Position numbers and translations under genes: made by a program | Shown: piece after piece, positions 49,301 to 57,652 of the stretch | How the letters are laid out: each line of letters begins with the position of its first letter | Position numbering within the stretch: position 1 is the first letter of the stretch | Notes under the pieces: generated by a model | What the model was told of the DNA's origin: nothing | The model's database searches: none | Seen by the model: the letters and a program-made list of their open reading frames with translations, nothing else | From: Candidatus Methylomirabilota bacterium | Lineage (GTDB): Bacteria; Methylomirabilota; Methylomirabilia; Rokubacteriales; CSP1-6 | Assembly (NCBI GenBank): GCA_046726415.1 | Contig: JBKPAK010000020.1 | Span: 14,040-78,039 of the forward strand | Direction: 5' to 3' | DNA: 64,000 nt

Positions 49301-49699
49301 GACCAGGGTCAGGCGCATCAGCGGCGCCTGGCTCACGTCGAAGCCTCGCCGGCGATCGGCCTCGAGCAGAGTTGACCACCGCGCCTGGCAATCCCCAGCG
49401 TGGATCGTGGACCAGTCCAGCTCGGCCACGGGGATTTCCACCGAGCGGTAGACCTCCTGCACCGACTGCGCGACCCCGTCGACGCGGAACCGCGTCCGCA
49501 AAATCGGGTGTCGGGCGACGACTCGCTGCCAGGCGGTGAAGAGGGCCGGCGCGTTCAGCACCTCGTCCAGATCGCAGATGATCTGCTCGATGTCGACGCC
49601 GGACGCATCGGACGAAAGACTGTGGAAGAGCATCCCGTGCTGAAGGGGCGAGAGCTCGTAGGAGGCTTCAACGGCTCGGTGGAGGCCCAACGGTGTCAT
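43379..49699 (-). CDS. NRPS, C-A(Thr)-T-E-C-T
   Basis: C HHAVLDG; A pocket DFWNIGMVHK; T LGGDSI; E HHLVIDGVSW, TVGWFT, FNYLGQ; C HHLHVDG; T LGGHS. ATG 49699 overlaps the PPTase stop. Confidence 0.93.
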   Translation of the reverse strand: MTPLGLHRAVEASYELSPLQHGMLFHSLSSDASGVDIEQIICDLDEVLNAPALFTAWQRVVARHPILRTRFRVDGVAQSVQEVYRSVEIPVAELDWSTIHAGDCQARWSTLLEADRRRGFDVSQAPLMRLTLVWLPGRVARLLWTFHHAVLDGRSFPLVLREVFAYYEAIRDGRELDLPLPRPYGDYIEWLHGQDPARAEEYWRRLLKGFTTPTPLRVGQNPRTAPAAQGTHGAHEARVAADVTAGLRDFAEKHELTVNTLLQGAWALLLHIYSGEDDIVFGATRACRRSSLEGADDMVGLFINTLPVRVRVKSDAPLVPWLRELRRQGVALRAHEHTPLVKIQDWSDVPRGTPLFESLVVYERYLLNTALRAQGGEWTGRRFRYLGQTNYPLTFIAYADAELLLRLEYDRRRFDDDTAARMLDHVGLLLEGMITAADQPLRAVPYLTATERAELVPSPNPLPIGPANGLCIHQRFERQVARTPDAVAVIHDGRALTYRQLNRGANRLARRLRELSVGPEVLVGLFVERSVDMVMAIIAILKAGGAYLPLDPRYPKDRLAFMLEDSEVAVLLTQGELASALPPHRARMVLLEGDSGEEAADGGAAEDNVSGGATADSLAYVIYTSGSTGRPKGVLITHRNVVRLMDATDPWFRFGPADAWTLFHSYAFDFSVWELWGALLYGGRLVLVPYWVSRSPEAFAELLYREQVTVLNQTPSAFRQLMQVILEGESRGLALRYVIFGGEALDLQALRPWFERFGDRPPRLINMYGITETTVHVTYRPIALNDVLSGSGSVIGRSIPDLQVYVLDRWLRPVPIGVAGEIYIGGAGVGRGYLNRPELTAERFIADPFTAAPGARLYRSGDLARRLPNGDLEYLGRIDDQVKIRGFRIELGEIESALAQHSAVRESVVIVREDIPGDKRLVAYYVADRDAPLMADEIRGFLRAKLPDYMVPAAFVRLDGLPLTGHGKVDRKALPALDQTRPDVRGGYVAPRTAIEETLSGIWAAVLGLERVGVHDSFFELGGDSILAIQIIARARQAGLSFTPRELFQHSTIAELAAVTAVATPQDDGHRAEGCVPLTPIQRWFFEQELPEPDHWNQAFLFEVPTDVDVQALEAASQHVVDHHDSFRLRFRRGAHGWEQRYSNDGGTISVAEIDLSGRPDAELPAAIEAKATELQRTLDIADGPLLRIAHFGLGPRRPGRLLVIAHHLVIDGVSWRILLGDVDTLYRALHGGDTVRLPARTTSYRRWAQRLIEYAQWPACRNQLSHWLATANVDSARLPVDFEGGANTEMSARTVTWSIGIEETRALLQRVPQVFRAQVDDVLLAALARCLTGWTKGGSLCVDVEGHGREAIFDDVDLSRTVGWFTSIFPLRLEPPRGPLADVLHAVKEQLRQVPGRGIGYGVLRYLGDPTTATLLGDHPQPAVLFNYLGQFDQVLAGSGLFRFAAEPAGPWHSPRAPRRHLIDLLALVIHGRLQMRWTYSENIHRRQTVERLAQSFVEAVREVLLACETRGATDARPAHVAPAAFDLALLDRLPCDLEEVEDIYALSPMQRLFHSMEAAGSGLEQWQYRLHGSVDAPALRRAWELVVNRHSILRTAFVSDGQRELQVVVRRVALPWSEHDWSALSATDQSTRLAELVESDAAQGFDLSRAPLTRVTLLRLADETFHLLWTTHHLHVDGWSWPLIFSELSECYEALRAGRDARLAPPHAYRDYIGWLEGRNSTETEAFWRRWLAGFTAPTPLGLPPAPAGRSEGAGQSHAEEEVRLSERTGAALRSFARSYHLTLSMLVQGAWGLLLSHRSGQADVVFGVTFSGRPPKVAGIESMVGTFVSNLPIRLQVRPEMSVPVWLAEAQDKQADAVLHQYVSPLEIQAWTGIPWRLRLFDSLLVFQNYAVSQEARRLGPTVEIAPVSMPEATNYPLTLVVTPAPELRLKMIYRRNQFDGAAIRRSLAALAAVLEAMTTATRRTIADILAVLPPPPDGQLAVAGLDHRSKEGAAYLAPRTRLEQAIAAIWQELFEVERVGLDDNFFDLGGHSILLVETHTRLQARLGLNLPIVALLQYPTVSALAGYLSHQPNEASCLSHVRDRARRQRDAQSRPRRIGRNP

Positions 49700-50526
49700 G
49701 GGACACATGAGTCAACCCCAGGACCTTCGTGGAGCCGCCTCTTGTGGCCCACCCATGCCCCGCACACCAGACGTTCGATAGCGCCCTCGACGGCAATCGC
49801 CGCGACATGGCTCCGATCGATCGGCACCTCATGAAGGCTGAAGTGCTCGCTCTCGCCCGGACTGTTCTCGATGCGCAGCAATCGAGCCGGCTCCCCGGGC
49901 GCAAAGGCCACGTCAAAGTTCGCGAGAGGGTAGGAGAGCCCCTGCCCGAGGGCCTTGACGATTGCCTCCTTCCGCGTCCAGCAGCGAAAGAACGCGGAGA
50001 GCTGCTCGTCAGGTCGCAGCGACCGGAGCACTTGACGCTCCTGGGCCGAGAAGACGCTGGCGGCTAGCTCGTCGAGGTCCTCTACCGCTCGGATCAGCTC
50101 GATATCGACGCCGATCTCTCGGTCGCGCGTCAGTGCGCACAGGGCAAGCCCATGTGAATGGGACAGGTTGAAGCGGAGCCCGTCCCCGCCCGCATCCCCG
50201 GATAGGGAGGGCTTGCCATGAGCGCTGTACTCGAACTCGAGCCGATCCGGGTCGACGCCACAGTAGCCGGCCAAGACCTCCCGCAGGAAGCCGCGGCCGA
50301 CCACAAACCGCTTCCGGTCCCGCTCGAAGTGAAACCTCGCCGCCCGTGCCGCCTCATCCGCGGACAGCGCGCTGGCGAGCCGCCGAACCTCGGGCGCGAG
50401 CTGATCCAGATCCGCCACCCACACATGGATTTCGCCTCCGGGCAGCGGGACGCTGGCTGCCGGAGTCGGCAAGCATAGGGATCGAGGACCCGCTTGGACG
50501 TTGGACTCGAAGTGCACCACCGTCAC
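49696..50526 (-). CDS. 4'-phosphopantetheinyl transferase, Sfp-type (first gene of the NRPS-PKS operon)
   Basis: HGKP, FNLSHS, IGVDIE, WTRKEAIVKALG. Confidence 0.92.
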   Translation of the reverse strand: MTVVHFESNVQAGPRSLCLPTPAASVPLPGGEIHVWVADLDQLAPEVRRLASALSADEAARAARFHFERDRKRFVVGRGFLREVLAGYCGVDPDRLEFEYSAHGKPSLSGDAGGDGLRFNLSHSHGLALCALTRDREIGVDIELIRAVEDLDELAASVFSAQERQVLRSLRPDEQLSAFFRCWTRKEAIVKALGQGLSYPLANFDVAFAPGEPARLLRIENSPGESEHFSLHEVPIDRSHVAAIAVEGAIERLVCGAWVGHKRRLHEGPGVDSCVP

Positions 50527-51144
50527 GCCGGGCGATGGCTTGTTTCGGCGCCTCGGGCGAGTGGCCCGGGCGGCCCCTCGTGCAGCCGGGCCTCGGCCCC
50601 GCGCATATCCGAGGCGTCTTGCTCCATGGGCGGCTTCTTAGCAATTTCGCGGCCGAATCTGGCCCGGCGGTGTCGGAGGGATTTCGACACTGCCTGCCCG
50701 CAGCGCCATGCCAACGTTGCGTCCTACCCCGGGCTGGATCGGCGCTTGTTACCTCAGTTTCTTGGCCCTCCCGACGGGGGAGGAGCCGGTAATGGCATCG
50801 ACCTGAAGACAATGGGCCGGTGCGCACGTTGTAGATATGACAATGACGAGATTTCCGGCGGCGGCGCCGGACTTTCCGGGCCGGAACCCGCGCTGCCGAC
50901 GGGACGTCACATCGGGACCGATTCGCGCTTGCAGGGAGCCTATTGCGCGCCTACGCCGTGAAGCGCGCGATGGGCAGGGCGCGCTCGCTCGTGGCGCCGA
51001 CCGGCGGTCGAGCACGCTCTCGCGGGCCCGCCGCTTGCTGGATTTGGAAGTACATGCGGATAAAGGCAAATCGGAAAGCAGCTTCCGAAGGGGAGAAGGC
51101 GGCGACGCCGCCCTCTCTCTGGCTGAGAACAGGAGGAACTTGAG

Positions 51145-52029
51145 ATGCTGACACAGTATCGCGTGGCCTGGGCTCTGATGGCCGTGGCCGTTCTCCTCGG
51201 AACGGCCGGATGTGCAACGACGGCAACGACAGCACGTACCACCGGAGAGTACGTCGACGATGCCAGGATCGCCGGCGATGTCCGCACGAAGCTCCTGGCG
51301 GATCCGACCCTGAACGGGTCGAGTATCGCCGTCACGAGCTCGGACGGAGTCGTCTATTTGAGCGGTACGGCCCCGTCGTCCAATAGCCAGACGCGGGCCA
51401 CTCAGCTGGCGAGGGAGGTCGCCGGCGTTCGCAGTGTCGTGAACAACATGGTCGTCGCCACTTCGCCACCCGCGGTGGCGACGGCGACGGCGGCACCGCC
51501 CCCGAAAGCGGTGGTGGCCCCTCCGGTCAATATCGTTACCGGTCAACCGGCGATCGACGCCACCGGCGTCGTCGCTCAGTACGACCCGCAGACCGGGATC
51601 ATCATTTTTCAGGATGGCCGAATGGTCAGGGTGACGACCGAGTCCGCCGTAGGCGCGCCGGCCAGCGTCGTGGCCTTGCAGCCCGGCACCCAGGTCATGC
51701 TGCGCAATGTGCAGCCGGTCGGGTATCAGCCGACCATGGTGCCCGCGCCCGGCTCATGGCGAATGGCCACGGTGAGCCACGTGGATACAACGAACTCGTT
51801 GATCTTCCTCACCGACGGTAGCGTCGTCCACGCGGGACCTTCGACGGTGCTTCGCTCCGGCACGCAGCCGATCACGCTCGCCCAGCTCCAACCCGGCTCT
51901 CAGATCGCGATCAGCGTGCCCGCGACCGTCGCCGCGACGCCGGCTCCAATGACGGGGAGCGCGCTCCCTCGGCAAACGGTCGTCCCCCAGGAGACGCCCG
52001 AAATACGGATCTTTACGGTACCGCGCTGA
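51145..52029 (+). CDS. BON-domain lipoprotein with two C-terminal beta-rich repeats
   Basis: AGGAGG RBS; lipobox TAGC; BON VDDARI..VYLSG..VAGVRSVVNNM. Confidence 0.82.
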   Translation: MLTQYRVAWALMAVAVLLGTAGCATTATTARTTGEYVDDARIAGDVRTKLLADPTLNGSSIAVTSSDGVVYLSGTAPSSNSQTRATQLAREVAGVRSVVNNMVVATSPPAVATATAAPPPKAVVAPPVNIVTGQPAIDATGVVAQYDPQTGIIIFQDGRMVRVTTESAVGAPASVVALQPGTQVMLRNVQPVGYQPTMVPAPGSWRMATVSHVDTTNSLIFLTDGSVVHAGPSTVLRSGTQPITLAQLQPGSQIAISVPATVAATPAPMTGSALPRQTVVPQETPEIRIFTVPR

Positions 52030-52048
52030 CGCGACTGCGCAAACGCAC

Positions 52049-52087
52049 GGCCGGCGACCGCCCGCCTCACCGCGGTGGTCGCCGGCC
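52049..52087. terminator. GC hairpin between convergent BON and TRAP genes
   Basis: GGCCGGCGACCGCC ... GGTGGTCGCCGGCC inverted repeat; no clear U-tract. Confidence 0.5.
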
Positions 52088-52089
52088 TC

Positions 52090-53409
52090 TTACTTCCCCA
52101 TCACCGCATCCGGCAGCCAGAGGGCGATGCCGGGAAACATGAACAAGAGGGCGATGCAGATCGCCATGCCGACCATGAACGGGAGCACGCCGATCCAGAG
52201 GTCGAGCATGGTCCCGACCTGCAGGCCCGCATCTTCGGAGACCGACTTGCGGATCCCCTGGATGATGTAGAGGTTGAGGCCCTCCGGCGGACTGACGAGG
52301 GCGGCCTCCAGCAGGATGACCATGATGATGCCGAACCACACCAGGTCGACCCCCATCGCCTTCAGCACGGGCACCAGGATCGGCATGGTCGTCACCATCA
52401 TCGAGAGGGCCTCCATGAAGGTGCCGAGGATCAGGTAGAAGACCACCAGGATGAGCACGAAGGTCAGGGGGGTGAGGTTCCATCCCGACAACAATGCGGT
52501 GAGCTGGCCGGGGACTCCGAGAATCGCCAGCGCGAAGCTCAGGATGAAGGCCGAGGTCACGATGAGCATGATCATGGAGGAGGTGCGCACGGTGGTGACC
52601 ATGACCTGTCTGAGCATGCGCAGGCCGACCTCGCGGTTCAGGGCCGCCAGAACGAAGCTCGCCACGACTCCGAAGGCAGCAGCTTCGGTGGGCGTGGCGA
52701 CCCCCAGATAGATGGTGCCCAGCACGATGAACATGAGCGCGATGACGGGGAGGAGCGCCAGCAAGCCGAGGAGGCGCACCCGCCAGGACGGGGTGGGCTC
52801 GCGCGGCGCGACCGATGGCCACATCTTCGCGGCTACCGCGATGATGAACATGAAGATTCCAGCGAGCAGGAATCCCGGGACAAATCCGGCCAGGTACAGT
52901 CGGCCGATGGATTCTTCGGCCAAGACCCCATAGATGATCATCGAGATGCTGGGTGGGATAAGAATGTCGAGGGTGCCCCCGGCGGCCAGACTGCCGATCA
53001 CCAGTCGCTCACTGTAGTTCCGCGCTCGAAAGGACGGCAGGGCGACCGCCCCCACCGTCGCCGCGCAGGCCGCGCTCGAACCTGAGATGGCCCCGAACAC
53101 CGCGCAGAAGGCGATATTGGAATGCAGGAGCCCGCCGGGCAGAGGGGCTAGCCAGTGGGACAGCACCTGATACAGTCGCTCGGACAGGCGACTGTGGATC
53201 AGGACTTCCCCCATCATCACGAACAAGGGGATCGCCACCAGCACCGAGCTACTGTTCACGTTCCAGGCGATCTGCCCCAGCATGTCCCAGAGCGGCCGGT
53301 CGGAAAAGAGGTACATCAACGCCATGCCGATGAGGCCCAGCGCACTGGCCACATGTAGCCCGGCCAGGAAGAGGATAACCATGAGCGCCGCGGCAATCCC
53401 GAGGACCAT
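52090..53409 (-). CDS. dctM: TRAP transporter large permease
   Basis: AIPLFVMMG, GGTLDILIPPS, TPTEAAAFG, SPPEGLNL. Confidence 0.92.
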   Translation of the reverse strand: MVLGIAAALMVILFLAGLHVASALGLIGMALMYLFSDRPLWDMLGQIAWNVNSSSVLVAIPLFVMMGEVLIHSRLSERLYQVLSHWLAPLPGGLLHSNIAFCAVFGAISGSSAACAATVGAVALPSFRARNYSERLVIGSLAAGGTLDILIPPSISMIIYGVLAEESIGRLYLAGFVPGFLLAGIFMFIIAVAAKMWPSVAPREPTPSWRVRLLGLLALLPVIALMFIVLGTIYLGVATPTEAAAFGVVASFVLAALNREVGLRMLRQVMVTTVRTSSMIMLIVTSAFILSFALAILGVPGQLTALLSGWNLTPLTFVLILVVFYLILGTFMEALSMMVTTMPILVPVLKAMGVDLVWFGIIMVILLEAALVSPPEGLNLYIIQGIRKSVSEDAGLQVGTMLDLWIGVLPFMVGMAICIALLFMFPGIALWLPDAVMGK

Positions 53410-53417
53410 GGGTCGAC

Positions 53418-53951
53418 CTAGGCCTCCGGTCCCCGACCGGCTTCCGCGGACTCCCATCCCACCACGGTCGCCACGGCCGTGAACGCTGCGGCCAGCGCCA
53501 GCAGACTGAATCCCACCCCCAAGATGCCCTGAGGGATGTAGAGCGGGGTGAGCAGATAGGTGGAGGACCTCATGTCGCTCTGCATGGAATCCGCTACTAA
53601 TGCCCAGATCTTCCACGAAATGACGGAGGCAAAGACCGCCATGAGCGCCTGAGCCATGAAGTCCACGGCGGTCTTCACCGTCCGGGTCATGTAGGGAAAC
53701 AGCACGTCGACGCGCACGTGACCGCCGGTGCGGAGCGCATAGGCAAATCCCCAGGTAGCGGCGACGGCCAGCATGTACCCGCTGATCTCATCGGTGACGC
53801 GCGTAGTGGGCAGGCCGAACGCGCTCCCCCACTTTCGGGCCAGGGCATCATAAGTGACGAAGAAGGCCAGGACGACGTACAACACACCGGCGAAGTACCC
53901 GGTCCCGGCAAAGAGGAGATCCACCGCCCGCGCGACGGTCGGAGTTCGCAT
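53418..53951 (-). CDS. dctQ: TRAP transporter small permease
   Basis: Four TM segments; EISGY, GGHVRVD. Confidence 0.88.
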   Translation of the reverse strand: MRTPTVARAVDLLFAGTGYFAGVLYVVLAFFVTYDALARKWGSAFGLPTTRVTDEISGYMLAVAATWGFAYALRTGGHVRVDVLFPYMTRTVKTAVDFMAQALMAVFASVISWKIWALVADSMQSDMRSSTYLLTPLYIPQGILGVGFSLLALAAAFTAVATVVGWESAEAGRGPEA

Positions 53952-53961
53952 CGCGCCCGGC

Positions 53962-55017
53962 CTAGGGGCTGACCGTGAAGCCGACCAGGGGGGCGATGAT
54001 CTCGTTGAACTGGCGGGCCGCGTCGGGGCCGCCCGCTCGCTTCACCCAGTCCGGGACCACCTTGGTCCGCAGAACGTCCTTGATGGCGGACTGAGTCTCG
54101 GGCGAGAACGGGATGTGCTCCATGCCCTTCTCGACGCTCTTGTCGATTCCCTCCTTGTTCCACGCCTCGATCAGCTCGAACGCCTTGCCCTCGACGATCT
54201 TCTCCGCCTCTTGCCTCATGATGTGCTGGATATCGGGCGGCAACCGCTTCCAGCTGTTCTTGTTGATGGCCAGCGCCACGTGCGGCCGCATGGAGATGGG
54301 ACCGATCAGATACTTGGACACCTCGTACCACCGAAGACCGAACCCCGGCTTGGTGCCGCTGATCGCCGCGTCGAGGGTGCCACGCTCGAGGGCCGTGTAG
54401 ACCTCGGCGAAGGCGATGGTGAGGGGCTCGCCGCCGAGGCCGGCCACAAGCGATGCGAGGGCCACGCTATGCACGCGCGTCTTCAGGCCCTTGAAGTCGG
54501 CGGGCTTGCGCACGGCCTTCTTGCTGAAGAATGCCTGGTCGGGATACACCGCCATGGCCAGCATCACGGCATTGGCCTTCTGGTCGAGGAGCTTGGCCTC
54601 GGTCGGCTTCCAGGCCAGGATCGCTCTCTTGGCGGTTTGGGGGTCGGGGAAGATTCCGGGCAGCTCGAGGATCTCGACCATGGGGAGTTCTCCGGCCACG
54701 TATCCACCGTACGTCTCGGTCACGTCCACCACGCCGGTCCTCAGGACGCGCAGAGTCTCGGCTCCCCCCAGGCCGAGCTCGGGCAGTGACGTTAGCTCGA
54801 ACTGCACCCGCCCGTTGGTGCGCTTCTCCACCGTCTGGGCCCATTCCTGGTAGAGCTTCCAGGGATCGAGCGTCCGGTTGATGCCCATCAGCTTCAGCTT
54901 GAATTCCGCTTTCGGCCCCTGCGCCACCACCGCCTGGGGCCTCCATACGCTACCGAGCAGGACGAACAGCCCCAGGACGCCGAGCACAACGGCGATTCTC
55001 CGCATGGACATGCTCAT
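53962..55017 (-). CDS. dctP: TRAP substrate-binding protein
   Basis: Signal peptide; DFKGLKTR, EVYTALERGTLDA, WKRLPPDIQ. Confidence 0.9.
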   Translation of the reverse strand: MSMSMRRIAVVLGVLGLFVLLGSVWRPQAVVAQGPKAEFKLKLMGINRTLDPWKLYQEWAQTVEKRTNGRVQFELTSLPELGLGGAETLRVLRTGVVDVTETYGGYVAGELPMVEILELPGIFPDPQTAKRAILAWKPTEAKLLDQKANAVMLAMAVYPDQAFFSKKAVRKPADFKGLKTRVHSVALASLVAGLGGEPLTIAFAEVYTALERGTLDAAISGTKPGFGLRWYEVSKYLIGPISMRPHVALAINKNSWKRLPPDIQHIMRQEAEKIVEGKAFELIEAWNKEGIDKSVEKGMEHIPFSPETQSAIKDVLRTKVVPDWVKRAGGPDAARQFNEIIAPLVGFTVSP

Positions 55018-55406
55018 GGACGTGCCCTCCCCATCACTTGGTCGGCCTACTCACAGTTCGACCGTCGCCGCGGTTCGCGTTCAGTCGGTTTCCCGCGCGC
55101 CCGGCGGGGCGGAACGCCGAGTACTTTAGGCGACACCACTTCCTTCGGCAAGGACGCAAGTCGTTCCGCCGTTGCCGACGACCGCCGGCGGGCTGAGGGG
55201 GCCGGTCGAGGCCGCCGACGCACTGGACACCGCGGGAGCTCTGTGAAGGCGACCTTCCCCCGCCACGACGATGCCGTCCGCGCCGAAAGCCGGACCCAGT
55301 CAGATGCGCGTGACGTGGCGAAGACTCTGCAGTATGGTTCCAACACGTGGGTGAGGATGATGTCGCCGACTCGAACGAGCGGCGCCGGGGTGCCCGGGTG
55401 ACAGGC

Positions 55407-56876
55407 ATGGCGGCCGAGGCTCAGGGCGAGTCGGTGGCACGCATCACCCTGGCCGCCGAGAGCGCCTACGTCGGCGCCGCGCTCGCGCTCCTGCGGGAGG
55501 CGGGGACGAAGCTCGGGCTGGCGGCGGCCGATGTGGACAGCCTGGCCCGCGCCGTCGGAGAAGTCGCCCTGAACGTCATCGCGCACGCCTTCGAGCCGGG
55601 CCAGCGCGCGACCTTCGACATCGTGCTCATGCGCCGGCCGGGCCAGATCGCGGTGGCCATCGAGGATCAGGGCCTGCCGTTCGACTACACGGATCTGCAG
55701 GCGGAGAGCCGCTCGTCCCTGGCCGCCCCCGCGCTCGCCGGTTCCCTCGACGCGGTGCACTTCACGAACCTCGGACCGCGCGGCAACCGGGTGGAGCTCG
55801 TGAAGCGCCTGGCCTTCGCTCACATCGAAACGCGCTTGGGGTCCGCGGACGAGCGCGGGACGGCAGTGCCCGTCGTGGCGCCGGACGTGCCGATCAGCCT
55901 GCGGTTGATGACGGCCGACGATGCGGTGGGGATCGCCCGCTGCACGTATCGGTGCTATGGCTACAGCATCCCCGATGAGTTTCTCTATTACCCCGACCAT
56001 CTGTGCGAGATGCTGCAGGGCGGACTCCTCGAGGTATGCGTCGCCGTCACCGAGGACGATGAAATCGTGGGCGTGCTCACGGTCGAGCTTGATCACCCGC
56101 GCGCAGTCGTGGGCAATCTGGGCGAGGCCATGGTCGATCCGCGCTTCCGCGGGCACCGCCTGTTCGAGCGCATGATCGCGCTGGTCAGGCAGCGGGCAGC
56201 CGAGAAGGAGATGCTCGGACTCTACGGCGAGGCCGTCACCGTCCACCCCTTTTCGCAGAAGGGCAACATCGCGCTGGGCGCCACCGAGACCGGAGTCCAA
56301 CTGGGCGACGAGGCGCCGGTCACCATGAAGCAGATTGACGCCGGCGCACCGAGAAAGCGCACCGCCACCATCCTCTACTACTTCAAGACCAGCGACGGCC
56401 CGGCCCGAGCCGTCCATGCTCCCCCCCATCACCGGATGATGATCGAACGGATTTACCGGCACGGCGGGTTCCCGCGGACGTTCGAGCCGGTGCCAGCTCT
56501 TCCCCCGGAGCGGCGGGCCACCTCCCAGGTGAAGGTGGAGCTCTATCCGGAGTGGAGCGAGGCGGCGATCCGCGTGGCCGCCTGCGGGAGCGATCTGCCC
56601 GAGTTGGTGCGCTTCCGCTTGCGCGAGCTGTGTCTGCGGCGCGTCGCGTGGATTGGCCTCGACCTGCCGCTGTCCGATGCTGCCGTGCCCTCGCTCTGCG
56701 CCGCGCTCGAGGCTCTCGGCTTCTTCTTCGCGGGGGTCGTTCCCGAGCTGGCCGACGGCGATGTGCTCAGGCTGCAGTACCTGAACGAGGTGGACGTCGA
56801 GGTGGCGTCCGCGCAGATCGCCTCCGACTTTGGTCGGGAGCTGTTTGGCTATGTCGTGAAGGCGATGCCGCACTAG
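55407..56876 (+). CDS. RsbW-like HATPase domain fused to a GNAT acetyltransferase-like domain
   Basis: EVALNVIAHA N-box, EDQGLPFD; GNAT motif A VDPRFRGHRLF. Start is 55407 or 55347. Confidence 0.75.
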   Translation: MAAEAQGESVARITLAAESAYVGAALALLREAGTKLGLAAADVDSLARAVGEVALNVIAHAFEPGQRATFDIVLMRRPGQIAVAIEDQGLPFDYTDLQAESRSSLAAPALAGSLDAVHFTNLGPRGNRVELVKRLAFAHIETRLGSADERGTAVPVVAPDVPISLRLMTADDAVGIARCTYRCYGYSIPDEFLYYPDHLCEMLQGGLLEVCVAVTEDDEIVGVLTVELDHPRAVVGNLGEAMVDPRFRGHRLFERMIALVRQRAAEKEMLGLYGEAVTVHPFSQKGNIALGATETGVQLGDEAPVTMKQIDAGAPRKRTATILYYFKTSDGPARAVHAPPHHRMMIERIYRHGGFPRTFEPVPALPPERRATSQVKVELYPEWSEAAIRVAACGSDLPELVRFRLRELCLRRVAWIGLDLPLSDAAVPSLCAALEALGFFFAGVVPELADGDVLRLQYLNEVDVEVASAQIASDFGRELFGYVVKAMPH

Positions 56877-57034
56877 CCGGATCCGCGAGAAGGTTCGCGG
56901 GTTGTGCATTGAGCCAGCTCGCCCGGGGCGGTGATAGGATGGAGTTCACTGCGGGACGCAAGGGCCCGCGACATCTCCTTCCACCTGTCGGACTTCGGGG
57001 CCGACGCCAGACGACACACGAAGGGAGAACTGCC

Positions 57035-57574
57035 ATGACGTCGCCCGCTCTCGCGCCCCCCGCGCGCACCGTCGTCCCCCTGCTCATCGCCTTCGCGGAC
57101 CTGACGCACTACGGCGCCGAGAGCTCGCGCCTGGACGACCGGCGGCTCTCCGAGATCATGGACGAGTTCTACGAACGTGTCTCCGCGCGGATCGAGGCCG
57201 GGGGCGGGACGGTCGTGAAGTTCCTGGGCGATGCCGCGCTCGTCGTTTTCCCGGAGGAACGGGTTGACCAAGGCATCGCCGCGCTGCTCGAGCTCAAGCG
57301 GGAAATCGACGCGTTCTTCGAGGACCTGGGCTGGCCGTCGCGACTCCTCGTGAAGGCTCACTTCGGGACGGTCGTGGCGGGACCGTTCGGTGCGGCGCGC
57401 GACAAGCGGTTCGACCTCGTCGGCCGCAACGTCAACATCGCGGCGACCCTCGACACTCGGTCGTTCGCGCTTTCGGTCGAGGCGTTCCGACAGCTCGCTC
57501 CGGAGACCCGCAAGAGGTTCAAGAAGCACACGCCTCCGATCACCTACATCCCAGTCGAGGCGCGCCGGCCCTGA
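57035..57574 (+). CDS. Stand-alone class III adenylate/guanylate cyclase domain protein
   Basis: AFADL, GGTVVKFLGDA, FDLVGRNVNIAA; GGGAGA RBS. Confidence 0.82.
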   Translation: MTSPALAPPARTVVPLLIAFADLTHYGAESSRLDDRRLSEIMDEFYERVSARIEAGGGTVVKFLGDAALVVFPEERVDQGIAALLELKREIDAFFEDLGWPSRLLVKAHFGTVVAGPFGAARDKRFDLVGRNVNIAATLDTRSFALSVEAFRQLAPETRKRFKKHTPPITYIPVEARRP

Positions 57575-57652
57575 CCGAGCCGGGCGAAGTCGGAGAAGAA
57601 AAATCGGCGGCCGATACGAGCGGTGACCCGTACCACGTGGGCGGACACCGCC

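Noticed and set aside
50523-50714. 63-aa ORF upstream of the PPTase as an MbtH-like protein or leader peptide
   Set aside because: It lacks the MbtH Trp motifs and any recognisable features.
51040-51140. GGCAAA..GAAA segment upstream of the BON gene resembling a c-di-GMP-I riboswitch
   Set aside because: The GGACGCAAA half and required pairings are not present; an Infernal/Rfam scan would be needed.
30951-51145. NRPS-PKS cluster as a mobile island
   Set aside because: No integrase, transposase, tRNA or flanking direct repeats were seen; a compositional shift could not be computed.
55080-55340. Structured-looking intergenic region with GGACGCAAG (also at about 56953)
   Set aside because: No recognisable ncRNA or riboswitch consensus; hairpins are expected by chance at this GC content.
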